Of a DNA stretch of 64,000 nucleotides, positions 13,307 to 28,717 are shown in pieces; the stretch's first letter is position 1; every line of letters begins with the position of its first letter. The stretch is taken from NCBI GenBank assembly GCA_964016885.1, contig OZ024743.1:22754001-22818000 (forward strand), read 5' to 3'. A model generated the notes under the pieces. The model searched no databases. It was not told where the DNA came from and saw nothing but the letters and a program-made list of their open reading frames with translations. The position numbers were made by a program, and so were the translations under genes. This stretch comes from Eledone cirrhosa. Lineage: Eukaryota.

Positions 13307-13714
13307 CGATATTAAATAAATGGAAACTATATTTATAAAACCATATTTATTTCATTATACATATTTCAGGGATATCAAATTAAAATATGGTATGCCTTCA
13401 TCAGACAAAATACAATATATAAACAGTTTTATAAATAATTTTGACGTACCCTATTAAATGCAACCATTATTTTTAGAAGCTTTCTGTCAAAATTATTTAT
13501 AAAACTGTTTATATATTGTATTTTGTCTGATGAAGGCATACCATATTTTAATTTGGTATCCCTGAAATATGTATAATGAAATAAATATGGTTTTATAAAT
13601 ATAGTTTCCATTTATTTAATATCGTATATCTACTCCAAAAACTTGTCAAGTGCTTTATATCAGTTATAAAATATTTACTTGTTGTATCCCAACAATTTTA
13701 AATAGAACTTTTGC
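13306..13714 (+). mobile_element. Fold-back hammerhead element, family B
   Basis: Arms 13306-13445 / 13486-13628, unpaired 3' tail, (TA)n on both sides. Confidence 0.85.
13520..13582 (+). ncRNA. Type I hammerhead, family B (mirror copy at 13349-13411, minus)
   Basis: attttgt CTGATGA aggcatacca..tggtatccct GAA ATATGTAT A atgaaat. Confidence 0.7.
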
Positions 13715-13726
13715 ATATATATATAG

Positions 13727-13763
<37 letters not shown>

Positions 13764-14450
13764 TACATTCCAGTTTATCTGTCTTTGTTAGCTTCCATTG
13801 ATTTTTCTTTGTTTTGTTTTCAGATTCATATACGTAGTGTTAATTCAGTAATTCCTCAGATTCCGACCAAAAGAAATAATCTTTGTATGAGAGTGGGTAT
13901 GTGTATGTATATGTAAGTATGTGTGTATGCGTGTATGTGTGTGTGTTGTGTATTTGTGCGTGAATTATTGTTATTCAGTTTGTCTGAATCGCCAATAAAG
14001 CATTTCTCGTGGAATCTGCCACTTAAAAACAATGTAGCAAATACATATTAATCTAACTACTTAGAGGAATTTGTAAAACATGTCTAGAGTTTAAAAACGG
14101 ATGTAGACTTCTATCGCTTTGAAGAAGACAAAAAAAACATTGCTAATTCAAAGACAAAAACTTATTGTACATCGTAACTCAACTATGTGGGATCCAAAAG
14201 TCTCTGACATTTCTCTAAAATATTCTTTATGCCTTATTTTTAGTGAATGAAAACATAAAGGTCAACCACCCAATAGAAGATTACTTCTAGAAATCTTCTA
14301 CTTGAACTATGAAGAGAAATTTAAAAAAGGAACGACGCCTTGAAGTGATTTTATATTGCCTTCGGTGTTTCTTTATATGTAAGCCTCATAAATTTTGATA
14401 CAAATCCACTGCTTAGAGATGTAATGCTTACTTCGTTTGACTTTCAACAT

Positions 14451-14570
14451 TCTATCATTTGATGAAAGACTAGTCTCCGAAATGTAAAGACACTATTCCT
14501 ACGATATTACCTTAAACTAATATATATTTTCATTGTACCGTGTTGCTTGCTTGTTATTTCCGGTTACTTT
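14451..14570 (+). mobile_element. PLE 3' end remnant with decayed hammerhead
   Basis: TTGATGA aagac ta gtct cc GAAATGTA aaga, then a tail ending in (TA)n. Confidence 0.4.
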
Positions 14571-14571
14571 G

Positions 14572-14628
<57 letters not shown>

Positions 14629-14630
<2 letters not shown>

Positions 14631-14816
14631 CGAAGGAAATGTGGTAAGGAACCAGGTGGACCATAACGCACCAAAGTACTCAATACTTGAGGTAGTAGAG
14701 TGGGTAATAGGAACCAGTAAGACCCCGACAGCTGAGCTCAAGCCGTTTCGACGGCTAATTCGAATTAGCCGTCGAAACGGCTTGAGCTCAGCTGTCGGGG
14801 TCTTACTGGTTCCTAT
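14629..14816 (-). mobile_element. Fold-back element, family A
   Basis: Perfect 110-bp palindrome 14707-14816 plus a 78-nt tail; flanked by (TA)n. Confidence 0.9.
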
Positions 14817-14834
14817 ATATATATATATATATAT

Positions 14835-14960
14835 TTAAATTATTAAGGATAAATAGTGAGCCTTTTTTCTCTGGAATTCCGCCTGTTTAACACAGGGTCA
14901 TAAGGCAAGAACTCTACTTCGATGTTGAGTACTCTTTTCTCTCCGCCGTCAACCAACGTA
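14835..14960 (+). mobile_element. PLE-like 3' tail, family E
   Basis: actctacttcgatgttgagtactcttttctctccgccgtcaacca, homologous to 31751-31797; TA-flanked. Confidence 0.6.
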
Positions 14961-15162
14961 TATATATATATATATATATAGACGCACACAAATGAAAATA
15001 TCAACCTTTGTAATTATTAGTTAAATTCCTTTTCTCTTTGTTTTTATTTTTTTATTTGTGGGGTTTCACTAAATTTATCTGAAGCTTTAAAAATTGCAAA
15101 CTGTGAAGTTCTTGGTATATTTCTGCAATTGCAATGTTAATATATTAATATTATAATATTAA

Positions 15163-15352
15163 GGGAGGTGGATTGGCAGTATCGGTTAAGGGTCGGACGC
15201 CATGCTTTGCAGCTAGAGTTACATCCCTTTGCGGTCTGAGTTCAAATCCTGCCGAGGTTAAATTTGCCTTTCATCCTTACGGGGGTCGATAAAATAAAGT
15301 ACCAGTAATGCATTAGGATATTTGCTGGCTATATGCCAAAAAGTAGAAACAT
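15163..15352 (+). mobile_element. SINE family D
   Basis: A/B boxes, central domain, imperfect TSD ttataatRttaa. Confidence 0.85.
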
Positions 15353-16197
15353 TTATAATGTTAATACTACAAATAAAGGGTGGTGGGTATTGATCTACGA
15401 ATTAAAGTTCGTTGTGGTATTTAGTTGCAGCTCTTAGCATTCAGTCTTCAAACCTCGTCTAGATTAATTTTTCTTCCCAACTTTTCGATAAAATGAGCAC
15501 CAATGTTTTTGTAGATTTTATTAAATATATTCTACCTTCTTCACACAGTTTTCATATTACAATGACTAGGAAAACAAAGCTAGGCAAAAACAGAAAATTT
15601 AAACTAAACGATAAAAACTTGAATTAACTGAGAATCGAAACCCAGACTTGAATTTCATTCCCTAGGATCTTCACCTTTTGCTCTACAGTGTCACTCTCAA
15701 TTCTCAAATTTTAAGGCAGTGTATAATTGATTAAATCAATCCCTGTCCCGTTTATTTTAAACGATATCAGTGTTATGGAATACAGTTAGATTTCAACTAA
15801 ATGCGTATATCAATATAACTAAATACTGGGCATGTTTGGCGCTCCTCTATACTCACACACAACCTAATTTTTGTTAGTCAACCACATCAACTCAAGCACT
15901 TGTTCTGCTACATATTTTATCGAGTTTGCACGAAATATACTCATATAGACACAAACGAGCCGGACACACACACACACACGCATTTATGTTTAGTGGTTCA
16001 CCACTGGATAGAACTGGTCATTCCGTTTAGTTAATCATGGTGTATTAGGAGTAAAAGCACTCTACGTTACGCAACTCATTCATCGTTGATGTTGAATCCT
16101 GTAGTAGGTGCAGGAACGGAGTTAAATATTGGTTTGATTAAAATGACAGGAGGCTTGACTGGTGATGTTCCTTTAAAGTTTTATTGTTGCAAAAACA

Positions 16198-16246
<49 letters not shown>

Positions 16247-17043
16247 AACGAAGCGCATCTGCAGTTTCCGTCTCCCAAATTCAGCGAAGCTGAACCAAGA
16301 ACCAATTGGTTGCGAAGCTAAAACAGTAACAACGTAGCCCTGCCAGCCTTTATATTTGCTTATATAATTTAAACATTGTAATGTATTTTCAGTAATTTTC
16401 TCACCTTTATTGTCTCTTTAAATGGAATATATAAAAGTACGCAAAAAAAGCAAACAAAATAAAACGTACTAATGGCATTTTATTGCAGAATTTCCTATAT
16501 AGTATCTCGTCAGAGTGAAGAGGGATACGGTTTTGCGTCTTATATAAAGCAATGTTCCGCGCAAATATTAGAAAATATGTGGCTATGTTACACGCCTATA
16601 ACGGTCATAGAAAAGAAATCCTAAAGTCAATTTAGGCAAGGTCAAATCTGAAAGTCAATATAATTTCATATCTATGTTTTGTTTTTTTTTAATATATATA
16701 TATATATATTTTTTTTTTTTACCTAACTCGCATTTAGAATCAGCTGCTAGCACTTTTTAGCGTTAATGTCTGTTGGTAAACAAGAAATCTATTCATGCAA
16801 ATTCCTTGTTATCCGAAGCGTGTTTAATCCCGAAATAGTGTTATTGAGGATTTAAAGGAGATAAAATCTCATTTCTACTTCTTGGTTGAATAATTGTTGT
16901 TTACTTCATTCATTCCTCTTGGCTCTTCTTAAAATTGTATATTTGCGTGTGCATGTATGTGTGTGTGTGTAGAACACACACGTAGAGCGATAAATATTGA
17001 TATATATATAGCCATATAACACCCTCAAATATATACATGCATG

Positions 17044-17141
<98 letters not shown>

Positions 17142-17143
17142 TG

Positions 17144-17176
<33 letters not shown>

Positions 17177-17213
17177 GTATGTATATATATATGTATATAT
17201 ATATGTGTATATG

Positions 17214-17249
<36 letters not shown>

Positions 17250-17389
17250 TGTATATATATATGTGTATATGTATATATATATGTATGTATATATATATGT
17301 ATATATATATGTGTATATGTATATATGTATATATATATGTATATATATATATATGTATATATATGTATATATATGTATATATATATATG

Positions 17390-17476
<87 letters not shown>

Positions 17477-17491
17477 GTATATATATATGTA

Positions 17492-17539
<48 letters not shown>

Positions 17540-17929
17540 GGAGAGAGCGATAGATAGATATATAGCTATAGATATTTGTATGTGTGTGTATATGCATGTC
17601 TATGTATTCTAAAGTATACAAACACGCACACCTGTTTATAAGTATATGTGAATGCGATATGTTTCTATTCTGACTGGCCTCAAGGGAAAGCTTAGTATCT
17701 AAATTTGGACAGTTTCACAATCTATCTAAACTACTAGGTTTACCAACTCCTGCCAATTTTTACTGTTTCTTTTATCCATCGTTCTCGTACGCGATCATAA
17801 TACCCCCCTAAAAAGGAACACACGCATTTATCTGAAGGGGGCAATATGTTGGTGAAATACCTGATTACCCAATGTTACTAAACTAACACGGGTTCATTTA
17901 TAACTGATTCCTTGATTAAATTTTTTAAA

Positions 17930-18643
17930 AGTACATTACTGGTACTTTATTTTATCGACCCCGTAAGGATGAAAGGCAAAGTTAGCCTCGGCGGGATTTG
18001 AACTCAGATCGTAGAGGGACGTAACTATGATGGAAAGCATGTCCGACCCTCTACCGATACTACCAATTCACCTCACGCTGAAATTGTTGACAAGATTGGA
18101 AGCTGGTAAACTTGAAGCGAATGTAAGTTTTTAAACGTGGTAACACCAGTGATTCAAAAAAATGCGAACAAAATAACTGTTTGTACTTTTGTCACAAGGC
18201 GAGCAATCACTCAGTGTATTACTGGTACTTTATTCCCCTAAAATAATAACAACTACAACAATAATTGTTTCTACTTTTGGCACAAGGCGAGCAATTATCC
18301 CAGTGTATTACTGGTACTTTATTTTATCAACTCCGTAAGGATGAAAGGCAAAGTTAACCTCGGCTGGATTTGAACTCAGACCATAAAGAGCCGTAACTCT
18401 TTGCTGCAAAGAATGGCGTCAGACCCTCTACCGATACTGCCAATCCACCATCCTTGCCAACAAAATAATTGTTTCTACTTTTGGCACAAGGTCAAAAATT
18501 ACCCAGTGGTACTTTATTTTATCGACCCCCGTAAGGATGAAGGCAAAGTTAACCTCGGCGGGATTTGAACTCAGAATGGCAAGGGCCGTAACTTCTATGC
18601 GTCAAAGCATGGCGTCCGACCCTCTACCGATACTGCCAATCCA
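17930..18643 (-). mobile_element. Cluster of four SINE D copies/fragments
   Basis: ~17930-18075, 18175-18235, 18263-18452, 18465-18643. Confidence 0.85.
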
Positions 18644-19334
18644 CATAATAGCTACTCGCATGACGTCTCAATTGTTATAAAATCAGCAAAAATAGGTGAC
18701 ACATTCAGGAGAAAATTATTAAAATACAATGGTATGTTTACTATAGGTGGAGATCGAAACAATGCAACATACCACTAAGTCAACTTATAATGCAAAAAGG
18801 AATCTTCAAGTACTTAGAAGAAAGAGATAACTTAGAAGCATTCACAGCAAGTAAGATTGGTTTTGAAGATTCAAACGACGGCATAACAGATAAAACATGA
18901 AGTCGAGTTAAGCTGAACGTGAAGACACCCACACAACCAAAACCTTTCCTTAGCAACTTCTCTTAATAATTATTTAAAAACATAATTTAAACTGTCATTG
19001 AATAACACAGGCAACCTAGTCGACGGGTTTCCGTACAGCTTCCGTATCCTAAATGTCACTCACAAAACTTGCAGTAACCTTCGGCATATAGTGACACGCC
19101 TTGTAATCAATCGATCTCCTAACCATATGATTGAGAATGCACAACACTATGTCTGATCTTTTTCATTTCTTTGAATTTTGCACACTGAAATTTCATTGTA
19201 TCTACAAAATATATATTCCTATCACAAGTTAGAGTTCTGCTCTGCCATTTCATTAGTGTCTTTAGAAAGACTTTTGGCGCCACCATAGATTGTTCACTGA
19301 AGCAAATATTACCAATATCAGTGTAAGTATCGCT

Positions 19335-19382
<48 letters not shown>

Positions 19383-19434
19383 GTATTTGGGTGGGTGTGC
19401 GTGTGTCTGTATACACACACACACACACAAAGGA

Positions 19435-19646
19435 TCGATCGACTTTCGTCAAATCGGACCGAGGAAACAATTTTTCCGTTGGTTTTTCCAATTGCTAATA
19501 CTATCTATCGGTCGCAACTCCAGGTAGAAGGAGCAACGTGAAATAAAGTGTCTTTCTCAAGGACATAACGCATCGCCCGGTCCAGGAATCGAACTGACAA
19601 CCTCAAGATTGTGAATCCAATTCTCTAACCACTCAGCCACACGCCT
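19435..19646 (-). mobile_element. CORE-type tRNA SINE
   Basis: Minus strand ggcgtgtggctgagtggttag (A box), gttcgattcc (B box), CORE domain. Confidence 0.75.
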
Positions 19647-19649
19647 TAA

Positions 19650-20060
19650 CAATATATATATATTGTTATACTTTGGGAGGGTCATGTTGCCAATAAGAAA
19701 CACACGCACCAGATGCTTTCTCTTCAATTTATTATATATATATAGTTTAAGAATAAATAAGACAAACACAGAAGCAAAAAGACAAAGTCTCATTGGTTTT
19801 ACGCATAGAAATGCAGAAAAATGAAAAAATTAAGAATGAATAAAGAAATGTTTCGATGTATCAGACGTAAGTCCTTCATTAGGAAACAGAAAAGTTCAGC
19901 GAAAGACTGGAGAGAAAAGAAACAAATTAAGATGGGTGAGGAGGGTAGGCAATTAGTCCTGCGTACGAGGATGGAGGCTGAGGTGCAGAGTCCAGGTGTA
20001 TCATTGGTACTGTTACGTGTGTGCAGATTGAGTGCATTTCGTGTGTATGCATGTCATTGA
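19650..20060 (-). mobile_element. PLE-like 3' end, family F (related tails at 31415-31480 and 48210-48235)
   Basis: Shared terminus atgaccctcccaaagtataacaa-(TA)n, an AATAAA, and a decayed hammerhead. Confidence 0.5.
19850..19887 (-). ncRNA. Decayed hammerhead remnant
   Basis: gtttc CTAATGA aggac ttac gtct GATA CAT C gaaac; 4 changes from an intact motif. Confidence 0.45.
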
Positions 20061-20129
20061 TGTTATTCCTTCCTTTCTGAATATGAGTACGTGTTTTGTG
20101 TATCGTTGATGGAAGTAGTATGTGTGTGT

Positions 20130-20196
<67 letters not shown>

Positions 20197-21121
20197 TACG
20201 TGTGTCTACGTGTGTCTACGTGTGTGTCTGGGATTTTTTTAGTGTTTTTTTTTGTGTGTGTGTGTGTGTGTGCGTATATACATGTTAGGTATTTTTATGT
20301 GTGCGCGTGTGTATGCTTATATATATGAGTGTGTGTGTGGGTTGTTGATGGGTGTTGAAAGTGTGTGTGTGTGTGTGTGTGTGCGTGTGTGTGTGTGTGT
20401 GTTATGCATATATACATATGCGAATGTAAATTTAAAAAAATCAAGAAAAGAGGGAGAGAGAGGTGAAGACCGAGAGAGAGAGGTGGTGGGGGGAGAACGA
20501 AAAAGAAGATAATTGACGAAATTATGTTGCATGATGTTTATTACTTGGAACTTCTTTCATCATTCAATGCTATCTGGAAGAGTAATCATAAGACCACTGA
20601 CAACCATTCCTTCAAAGATATTGAAGACTCTCAAAGGAATGTTGCCAGCACTTTAACATATTTCTTTGCGATTTTAATCTGTGAGTAGATTAAGATCTTA
20701 TGTAAGCAGTATTTGTAAAGATATTTTAGTTAGAGCCTATTTGTCTGATAATGTTTATAAATTTTGTCTCAAAATAAAATAATATAGAGTCTGTCGTACG
20801 TATTTGTTGTACTCTCAAGAGTATTTCTGTTGCCATCTTTAATTTTGTTTTCTTATGTATTAAAATATTACCTGTATTATGATTACTTACATTAGCACAT
20901 GGATACAATATGGATACAACTATATAGGGGATGTTGAATCACTTAAATCCACTACGATAAATGATATATAATAGAGGTTTGATAAATACCAGAGTGATGC
21001 AAAGGAAGATTGCCCACCGGAGGAGCTGAAATATTTAAACCACTTAAACCAAGACTTTTCGTCAAAACCGAACATGGGGATTAATCTTAATCAAAGTAAA
21101 TGAGTCTCTGAGCATGTATAT

Positions 21122-22416
<1,295 letters not shown>

Positions 22417-22435
22417 CTCTATATATATATGTATG

Positions 22436-22469
<34 letters not shown>

Positions 22470-22562
22470 TGTATGTATGTATGTATGTATGTATGTGTGT
22501 ATGTATGTATGTATGTATGTATGTATGTATGTATGTATGTATGTATTATGTATGTATGTATG

Positions 22563-22607
<45 letters not shown>

Positions 22608-22696
22608 GAGTCTAGGGTTCAATCGCAGGTAACCCCAGTAAGTAAGGTACTCAATACATTAGTAGAGTGTATACAACATAATTTAATATAGAAATA
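22608..22696 (-). mobile_element. PLE-like 3' tail, family G (related to 53308-53380)
   Basis: gggttcaatcg..ggtaacc..cagtaag..tactcaatacat shared with 53318-53358. Confidence 0.6.
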
Positions 22697-22706
22697 TATA
22701 TATACA

Positions 22707-22919
22707 CTGTAGGTAATCCAGTGAATTACTGGTGGTGGTTCCAAAACAAGCACTCAATGCAGAGGCAGAGTGTATATATAAAAAAAGACGAAAAGGTTTC
22801 GTTTACATATATTTAGATAACTCCTATGGGTGACACTGAACTAATCCTCTGCGAAACACGTGTAACAGGTTTATGCACAATAAAAATCTAAATACATGTA
22901 AACGAAACTTCATCTTATT

Positions 22920-22920
<1 letters not shown>
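22707..22920 (-). mobile_element. Older fold-back PLE-like element
   Basis: Arms ~22781-22818 / 22885-22920; GAA ACACGTGT A half-hammerhead in the spacer; bulged hairpin in the tail. Confidence 0.6.
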
Positions 22921-22977
<57 letters not shown>

Positions 22978-22984
22978 GTATATA

Positions 22985-23021
<37 letters not shown>

Positions 23022-23026
<5 letters not shown>

Positions 23027-23400
23027 AAAGGTAAACAGTTGTTTGTTTGTTTGTTCACGAACTCCTATAGTTTTGGAGATAGACCCCCATAACCATATAT
23101 ATTCTGAAACTACATTGCCCAGGGTACTTGGATAAGTATATTTCATTTTAATCAAAGGGTTCCCCGAGGGCACAAACCCTCACTGAAAACTCCCGCTGAA
23201 AGTTTTTCCCATTCGATTTATATGAGATTTAAACCATAGGTAAGTGACAAGATATGATGCCTATTCACAAAATTTCAGCATATTTCAATAATATTCCACG
23301 GGGGCACAAACCCCCGTTGAACACTTTTTCCTTTCGATTTATATGAAATTTAAACCATAGGTAAATGACAAGATGTGATGCCTATTCACAAAAGTTTTGA
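23022..23400 (+). mobile_element. Possible Helitron/Helentron-derived non-autonomous element with internal tandem repeat
   Basis: (GTTT)n near the start, then two similar ~100-120-bp units (23160-23275, 23295-23397). Confidence 0.4.
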
Positions 23401-23487
23401 ATTGATATTTTGAAAAACATTATTTACAAGAAACAAAATAAGAATAAGATTTAATAATGTAATTTTGATTTGATATATTACAAGAAA

Positions 23488-23678
23488 TAATTGTTTCTAC
23501 TTTTGGCACAAGGACAGCAACTCCCCAGTACATTACTGGTACTTTATTTTATCGACCCCGTAAGGATGAAAGGCAAAGTTAACCTCGGCGGGATTTGAAC
23601 TCAGAATGGCAAGGGCCGTAACTCTATGCGTCAAAGCATGGCGTCCGACTCTCTACCGATACTGCCAATCCACCGCCA
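23488..23678 (-). mobile_element. SINE family D
   Basis: Full length, A/B boxes. Confidence 0.88.
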
Positions 23679-24204
23679 AAATGTTTTCCAATTGTTCATG
23701 CATTACATTTTACATTGAGTAATATTGAAATGCAGAGTTTTTCTCCATAAATTATATCACTGATTTAAAATCAATCATCATTTTCTTACCAAAAAAATGT
23801 GTGAAACGCAGCAAGGCGCGGGTAATTCGACTAGTATTGTATAAAATAAATAGCAAACTGGTGTATACCTTCGGAGTTTTCAGAAGAAAATCGATCTTTC
23901 TCTTTTCGTCAATGATTGGAAAGTCACTGCCAATGATACTTCAGACCCCCCCCCCTGAAAAAACAACCCTCAGGATGCGTATAGAAATACGTACAGTCAC
24001 TCACACATACAAGAGGCATTCCTACACAAGCACACACACATGTATCTTCATTTCTGAACGGACTCTCACATATTCCCGTACACACTTATTCATGTACATG
24101 CACACACACGTACTCCCACACACCGCGCGCGCGCACACGCACATACACGTTTTAAGTAAAGTAGGTGTAGATATTATTATGAGGATATTCTGTGCATGTA
24201 ACAA

Positions 24205-24950
24205 TAGTTTCTGATACAGGCACAAGGCCAGCAATTTTGGGGGACGGGAAAGTCGATTAAATTGACTCCAGTACGTGACTGGTACTTTATTTTATCAACC
24301 CCGTAAGGATGAATGGCAAAGCCAACCTCAACAGGATCTGAACTCAGAGCATAAAGGGCTGTAACTCTATGCTGCAAAGAATGGCGTCAGACCCTCTACC
24401 GATACTGCCAATCCACCACCCTTGCCAACAAAATAATTGTTTCTACTTTTGGCACAAGGCCAGCAATTATCCCAGTGTATTACTGGTACTTTATTTTATC
24501 GACTCCGTAAAGATGAAAGGCAAAGTTAAGCTCGGCAGGATTTGAACTCAGACCATAAAGGGGCATAACTATACTGGAAAGAATGGCGTCTGACCCTCTA
24601 CCGGTACTGCCAATCCATTCTGTGCATGTAACAATGGTTTCTGATATAGGCACAAGGCCAGCAATTTTGGGGGAGAGGAAAGTCGATTAAATTGACTCCA
24701 GTACGTGACTGGTACTTTATTTTATCAACTCCGTAAGGATGAATGGATCCACCGCCCTAATAATGTGCTTGTAATAATTGTTTCTACTTTTGGCACAAGG
24801 CCAGCAAATACCCAGTGCATTACTGGTACTTTATTTTATCGACCCGTAAGGATGAAATGCAAAACCAACCTCAGCAGGATCTGAACTCAGAAAATAAAGG
24901 GCCGTAACTCGATGCTGCGAAGCATGTCAGGCGCTTAGTAGCTTCTGCTA
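24205..24950 (-). mobile_element. Head-to-tail array of four SINE D copies
   Basis: Repeated ggcacaaggccagcaat..actggtactttattttatc. Confidence 0.85.
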
Positions 24951-26936
24951 ATGCAATAATAATAACATGTGTGTGTGTGTGTGTGTGTGTGTAGGTATAT
25001 ATATATGTGTGTATGTGTGTATGTATATATATATATATATGTGTGTATGTGTGTGTGTGTAGGTGCATGTGTGTATGTTATAGACTGAAAACGGTTTATT
25101 AATTTGTTGGAATGGAAACTGACGCTTCAGTTAGATGCTGCAGCAAACGATATCTAGAATCTTCTGACTGTACCGAGAAAGAATGACGAAATCTAGAATC
25201 TACTCCTAGTTGTATTGAGAGAGACGTGATAGAAACAGGAAACATCCGACAGCCAGTTTGAATCCATTCCAACTGGAGGCCAATTCATTTCGCTTAAGTT
25301 GTTAATAGTACATAACATTCTCTCACTATCTCACCCTCTCTGCCTTTCTACATCTGTTTCTCTGTCATTCACTTCATTTACACACACACACAAACACACA
25401 CACATACACATACACACACAGAAACACACACACACACATAAACACATACACACACATGCACACACACACATACACACACACACACATACACACACATACC
25501 CATACATAAATTCGCAGAATCATACGTATCCGTATAATCAATACATACATGTATACATACACACACTCACACATATATGTATGTGTGTTGTGTGTGTATG
25601 TGTGTTTATATGTGTATGTGTGCGCGTATGTTTGTGTGAGTGTGTGTGTATGTGTGTGTTTATGTGTGTGTGTGTGTGTGTGTTGTATGACACATTCGTT
25701 GAGTCCTCCCTCAAATACTAATGCGGTCGTAAGATCGACTTTGTGACACGACGTGCCTTGGGCATTTTAAAACTTGATGACACCAACTCCTTACCAGATC
25801 TATAGTACTATACTAGTATTTTATTTATAAGGCCTGAAGTTGACCTCAGGGAGAGCCAGTGTGAATACTGCATTGCATTTTATCCGGCAGTTTAATAACC
25901 CTACCAATGTGGTATTTATAAAGTATGTATGTATAGACAAAAGGGACTAAATTCTGAAAGATATGAGGTTGGATGATGATAGTGCCAGGGGCTTCGGATG
26001 GAGGTAGGGAGTGGTAGGTTTGTAGCTAGCTCCTCAATATCCTTCATAGCTGGAATGGAACTTCAGAAGGATATGAATGGTCACGAATTGGTGAAGGAAG
26101 TCGAAAATCTTTCACCGTGAGTATGACAGAGGTGAAAGCTGAAAGCAGATCTTCAGCAGGTAGGAAGATAAAATAGTTGCTTCAAGCAGCATCCGGTTTG
26201 GTGTAGTGGTTGTATAGATAATAGAAGACGGAATGCGAGCTACGGTGTGGGTCAAATTAACCCGGGAATTCACTGGTAGCATCAATGCTGCTTATCTCTG
26301 CTGCAGTGCATTTTGGAAGGTGACGAAATTGTTGTTTTCTCCAGTCAACAGCTGTTAACAGCAGTTCGTTACAGAACAAACTGTGTGGAAAATAAATATA
26401 TATCTAATAAGTATGTATCCAAATATTTATGTATGTATCCAAATATTTATGTTTGTATCCAAATGTAAAATGGCTGCAGGTGAAAATACCAAATAAAATA
26501 CCGTAAAGATAAAAACTGATGAACCAAACTGTGGGTATTGCTATATTACAGGGAATAGTAGTCAAAAGTTCATGCTTTTAAAATTATTACCTACCGGTGT
26601 TAGTTCTAAATATATGAATGGAGTGTTAAGTTTCTTACTCATGACTTTAAGAGGTCATTCCATAAAGAGGGAGAGTGTGGAGAGAGAGAGAGAGAGGGAG
26701 ATGTGAAATCTAATGAATAAAGGTGATGTGTGTATGTGCGTGTGTTTTTCCTAAGCCCGGAGGATCATCAGGCTGGAGCTTATCCCGGACTGGCCGCTGG
26801 TCAGGACGCTAATCCATCACAAGGTTAACCTCCAACAACTGCTCAAGAGCAGAATGCACAATTCGTTCAAGGAATCGAACCAACGACTTTATGATCGCAA
26901 GTCCAACACACTATCCACCAGACCACCTTTCTCTCT

Positions 26937-26992
<56 letters not shown>

Positions 26993-27002
26993 ATATATAT
27001 AT

Positions 27003-27196
27003 ATAGGAACAAGTAAGACCCCGACGGCTGAGCTCAAGCCGTTTCGACGGCTAATTCTGCATAGAATTAGCCGTCGAAACGGCTTGAGCTCAGCCGTCGG
27101 GGTCTTACTTGTTCTTATTACCCACTCTACTACCCTAAGTATTGAGTACTTTGGTGCGTTATGGTCCACCTGGTTCCTTACCACATTTCCTTCATT
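27003..27196 (+). mobile_element. Fold-back element, family A
   Basis: Palindrome plus tail, near-identical to 14629-14816. Confidence 0.9.
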
Positions 27197-27220
27197 ATAT
27201 ATATATATATATATATATAT

Positions 27221-27417
27221 ATAGGAACGAGTAGGACCCCGACGGCTGAGCTCAAGCCGTTTCGACGGCTAATTCTGGACTGTCCAGAATTAGCCGTCGA
27301 AACGGCTTGAGCTCAGCCGTCGGGGTCCTACTCGTTCCTATTACCCACTCTACTACCCTAAGTATTGAGTACTTTGGTGTGTTATGGTCCACCTGGTTCC
27401 TTACCATATTTCCTTCG

Positions 27418-27420
<3 letters not shown>
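27221..27420 (+). mobile_element. Fold-back element, family A (tandem with the previous copy, separated by (TA)n)
   Basis: Palindrome with loop ctggac-t-gtccag plus tail. Confidence 0.9.
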
Positions 27421-27475
<55 letters not shown>

Positions 27476-27579
27476 AACAGTTGAACAGACGTAGTACATT
27501 ATAGCCTATTTTCACATGTTATTTTCTCTGTTAAGGACACATGTGATGTACAAATTTACCTGTTTGTTGTTTAGCAAGT

Positions 27580-28260
27580 GTTTTCTGTGTGATAAATGTC
27601 GTTTAACAAAGTTCGTATAGGTGTCACTTTTAATGGGGAAAGTACAAGTGGTGGCTATCATCTTCTTAGTCTTGATATCGAAGTTGCAGATCTTATCACG
27701 TATACAGTCTAGCACACCAAATATTGGTACTAATACTGGCACTGTAAAAGAGTTATAAGATAGGGTCTTATTTAAAGTGGGCAGCTCGAACTGCATAATT
27801 TTGGAAATCTGTGGAAATATTCCTTTGTCTCTCTAGCTTTATTTACACCACCAATGTATGCACCATTGTCACCGATTGCATGATACCTGCAGTATTTGTT
27901 ATTAGAAATAACAGATATCTATATTTCATATCTGGTCAACATTGTTTCCTAATTCATTCCCAAATATGTACTTTCATCCTGGCTAAACTCCATGAAATTA
28001 ACATTCTCCCACCTCCAAGTGATGCTGCTTTGCTTCCTTGAGGATATCTTTGTTTGTAAGGAGCTCATAGTACGTATTTGAGGACATACAGTTTGCCTGA
28101 GAGTGTCTCTCATCGGTAGTTTCCATACAACTAACACAGTCTATTTATCCATTCAGCTGGTGGTACATGAATTCGTTATTTATTTAGCATCTGATGATAA
28201 TATCTAATTATCCGATATATTTTCATTGCCAGTAACAGTAGAACGTCGGACAATATGCTT
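27580..28260 (-). pseudogene. R4/Dong-clade LINE RT C-terminal fragment
   Basis: ESTYLGMN (SYKYLG), NKTLSYNSFTVPVLVPIFGVLD..DIKTKKMIATTCTFPIKSD resembles NKxxAxNxFAVPVLxxxFG..DxKTRKxLT..FHxxSD. Confidence 0.65.
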
Positions 28261-28665
28261 TATGGCATAGAGTTACATCCGCCGGGGTGATATTCCAGCC
28301 ACTTTGGGGTAGGTGAAAGATGTCTTCTCTTGTGAAAATGGGTATAGCTTTCATTCTGTAAAATCTCCCCATTTTGCCTCATTTCTCCCCATTTTGGGGC
28401 CCTTTTTTTCATGATACTCCTAGTTTGGGTTTTTAGAGGTTGGCAGGTCTGCTTCCGAGCTTCTCTAAAAAAACATTTCACTTCTTTGAATTTATCAAAA
28501 AAGATAACCATTTTTATTATCAGTCTTGTATAAATGGCAACATGTTGAGGGAGGTTGGGTGGGTTATTTATTACACGGAAGAATGAATAGTGACCTGATG
28601 TCAGCACGACTGTATTCGACGCTATGTGTATGTATGTATGTATGTGTGTGTGCGCGCGCGCGCGC

Positions 28666-28717
<52 letters not shown>

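Noticed and set aside
20524-20686. Short ORF ending at a GTGAGT donor
   Set aside because: No acceptor or recognisable homology; compatible with chance
25930-26400. Possible PLE coding remnant
   Set aside because: No motif could be recovered confidently
27003-27420. Tandem palindromes as CRISPR repeats, terminators or MITEs
   Set aside because: Eukaryotic context, no spacers or cas genes; the inverted repeats are asymmetric with a one-sided tail rather than terminal
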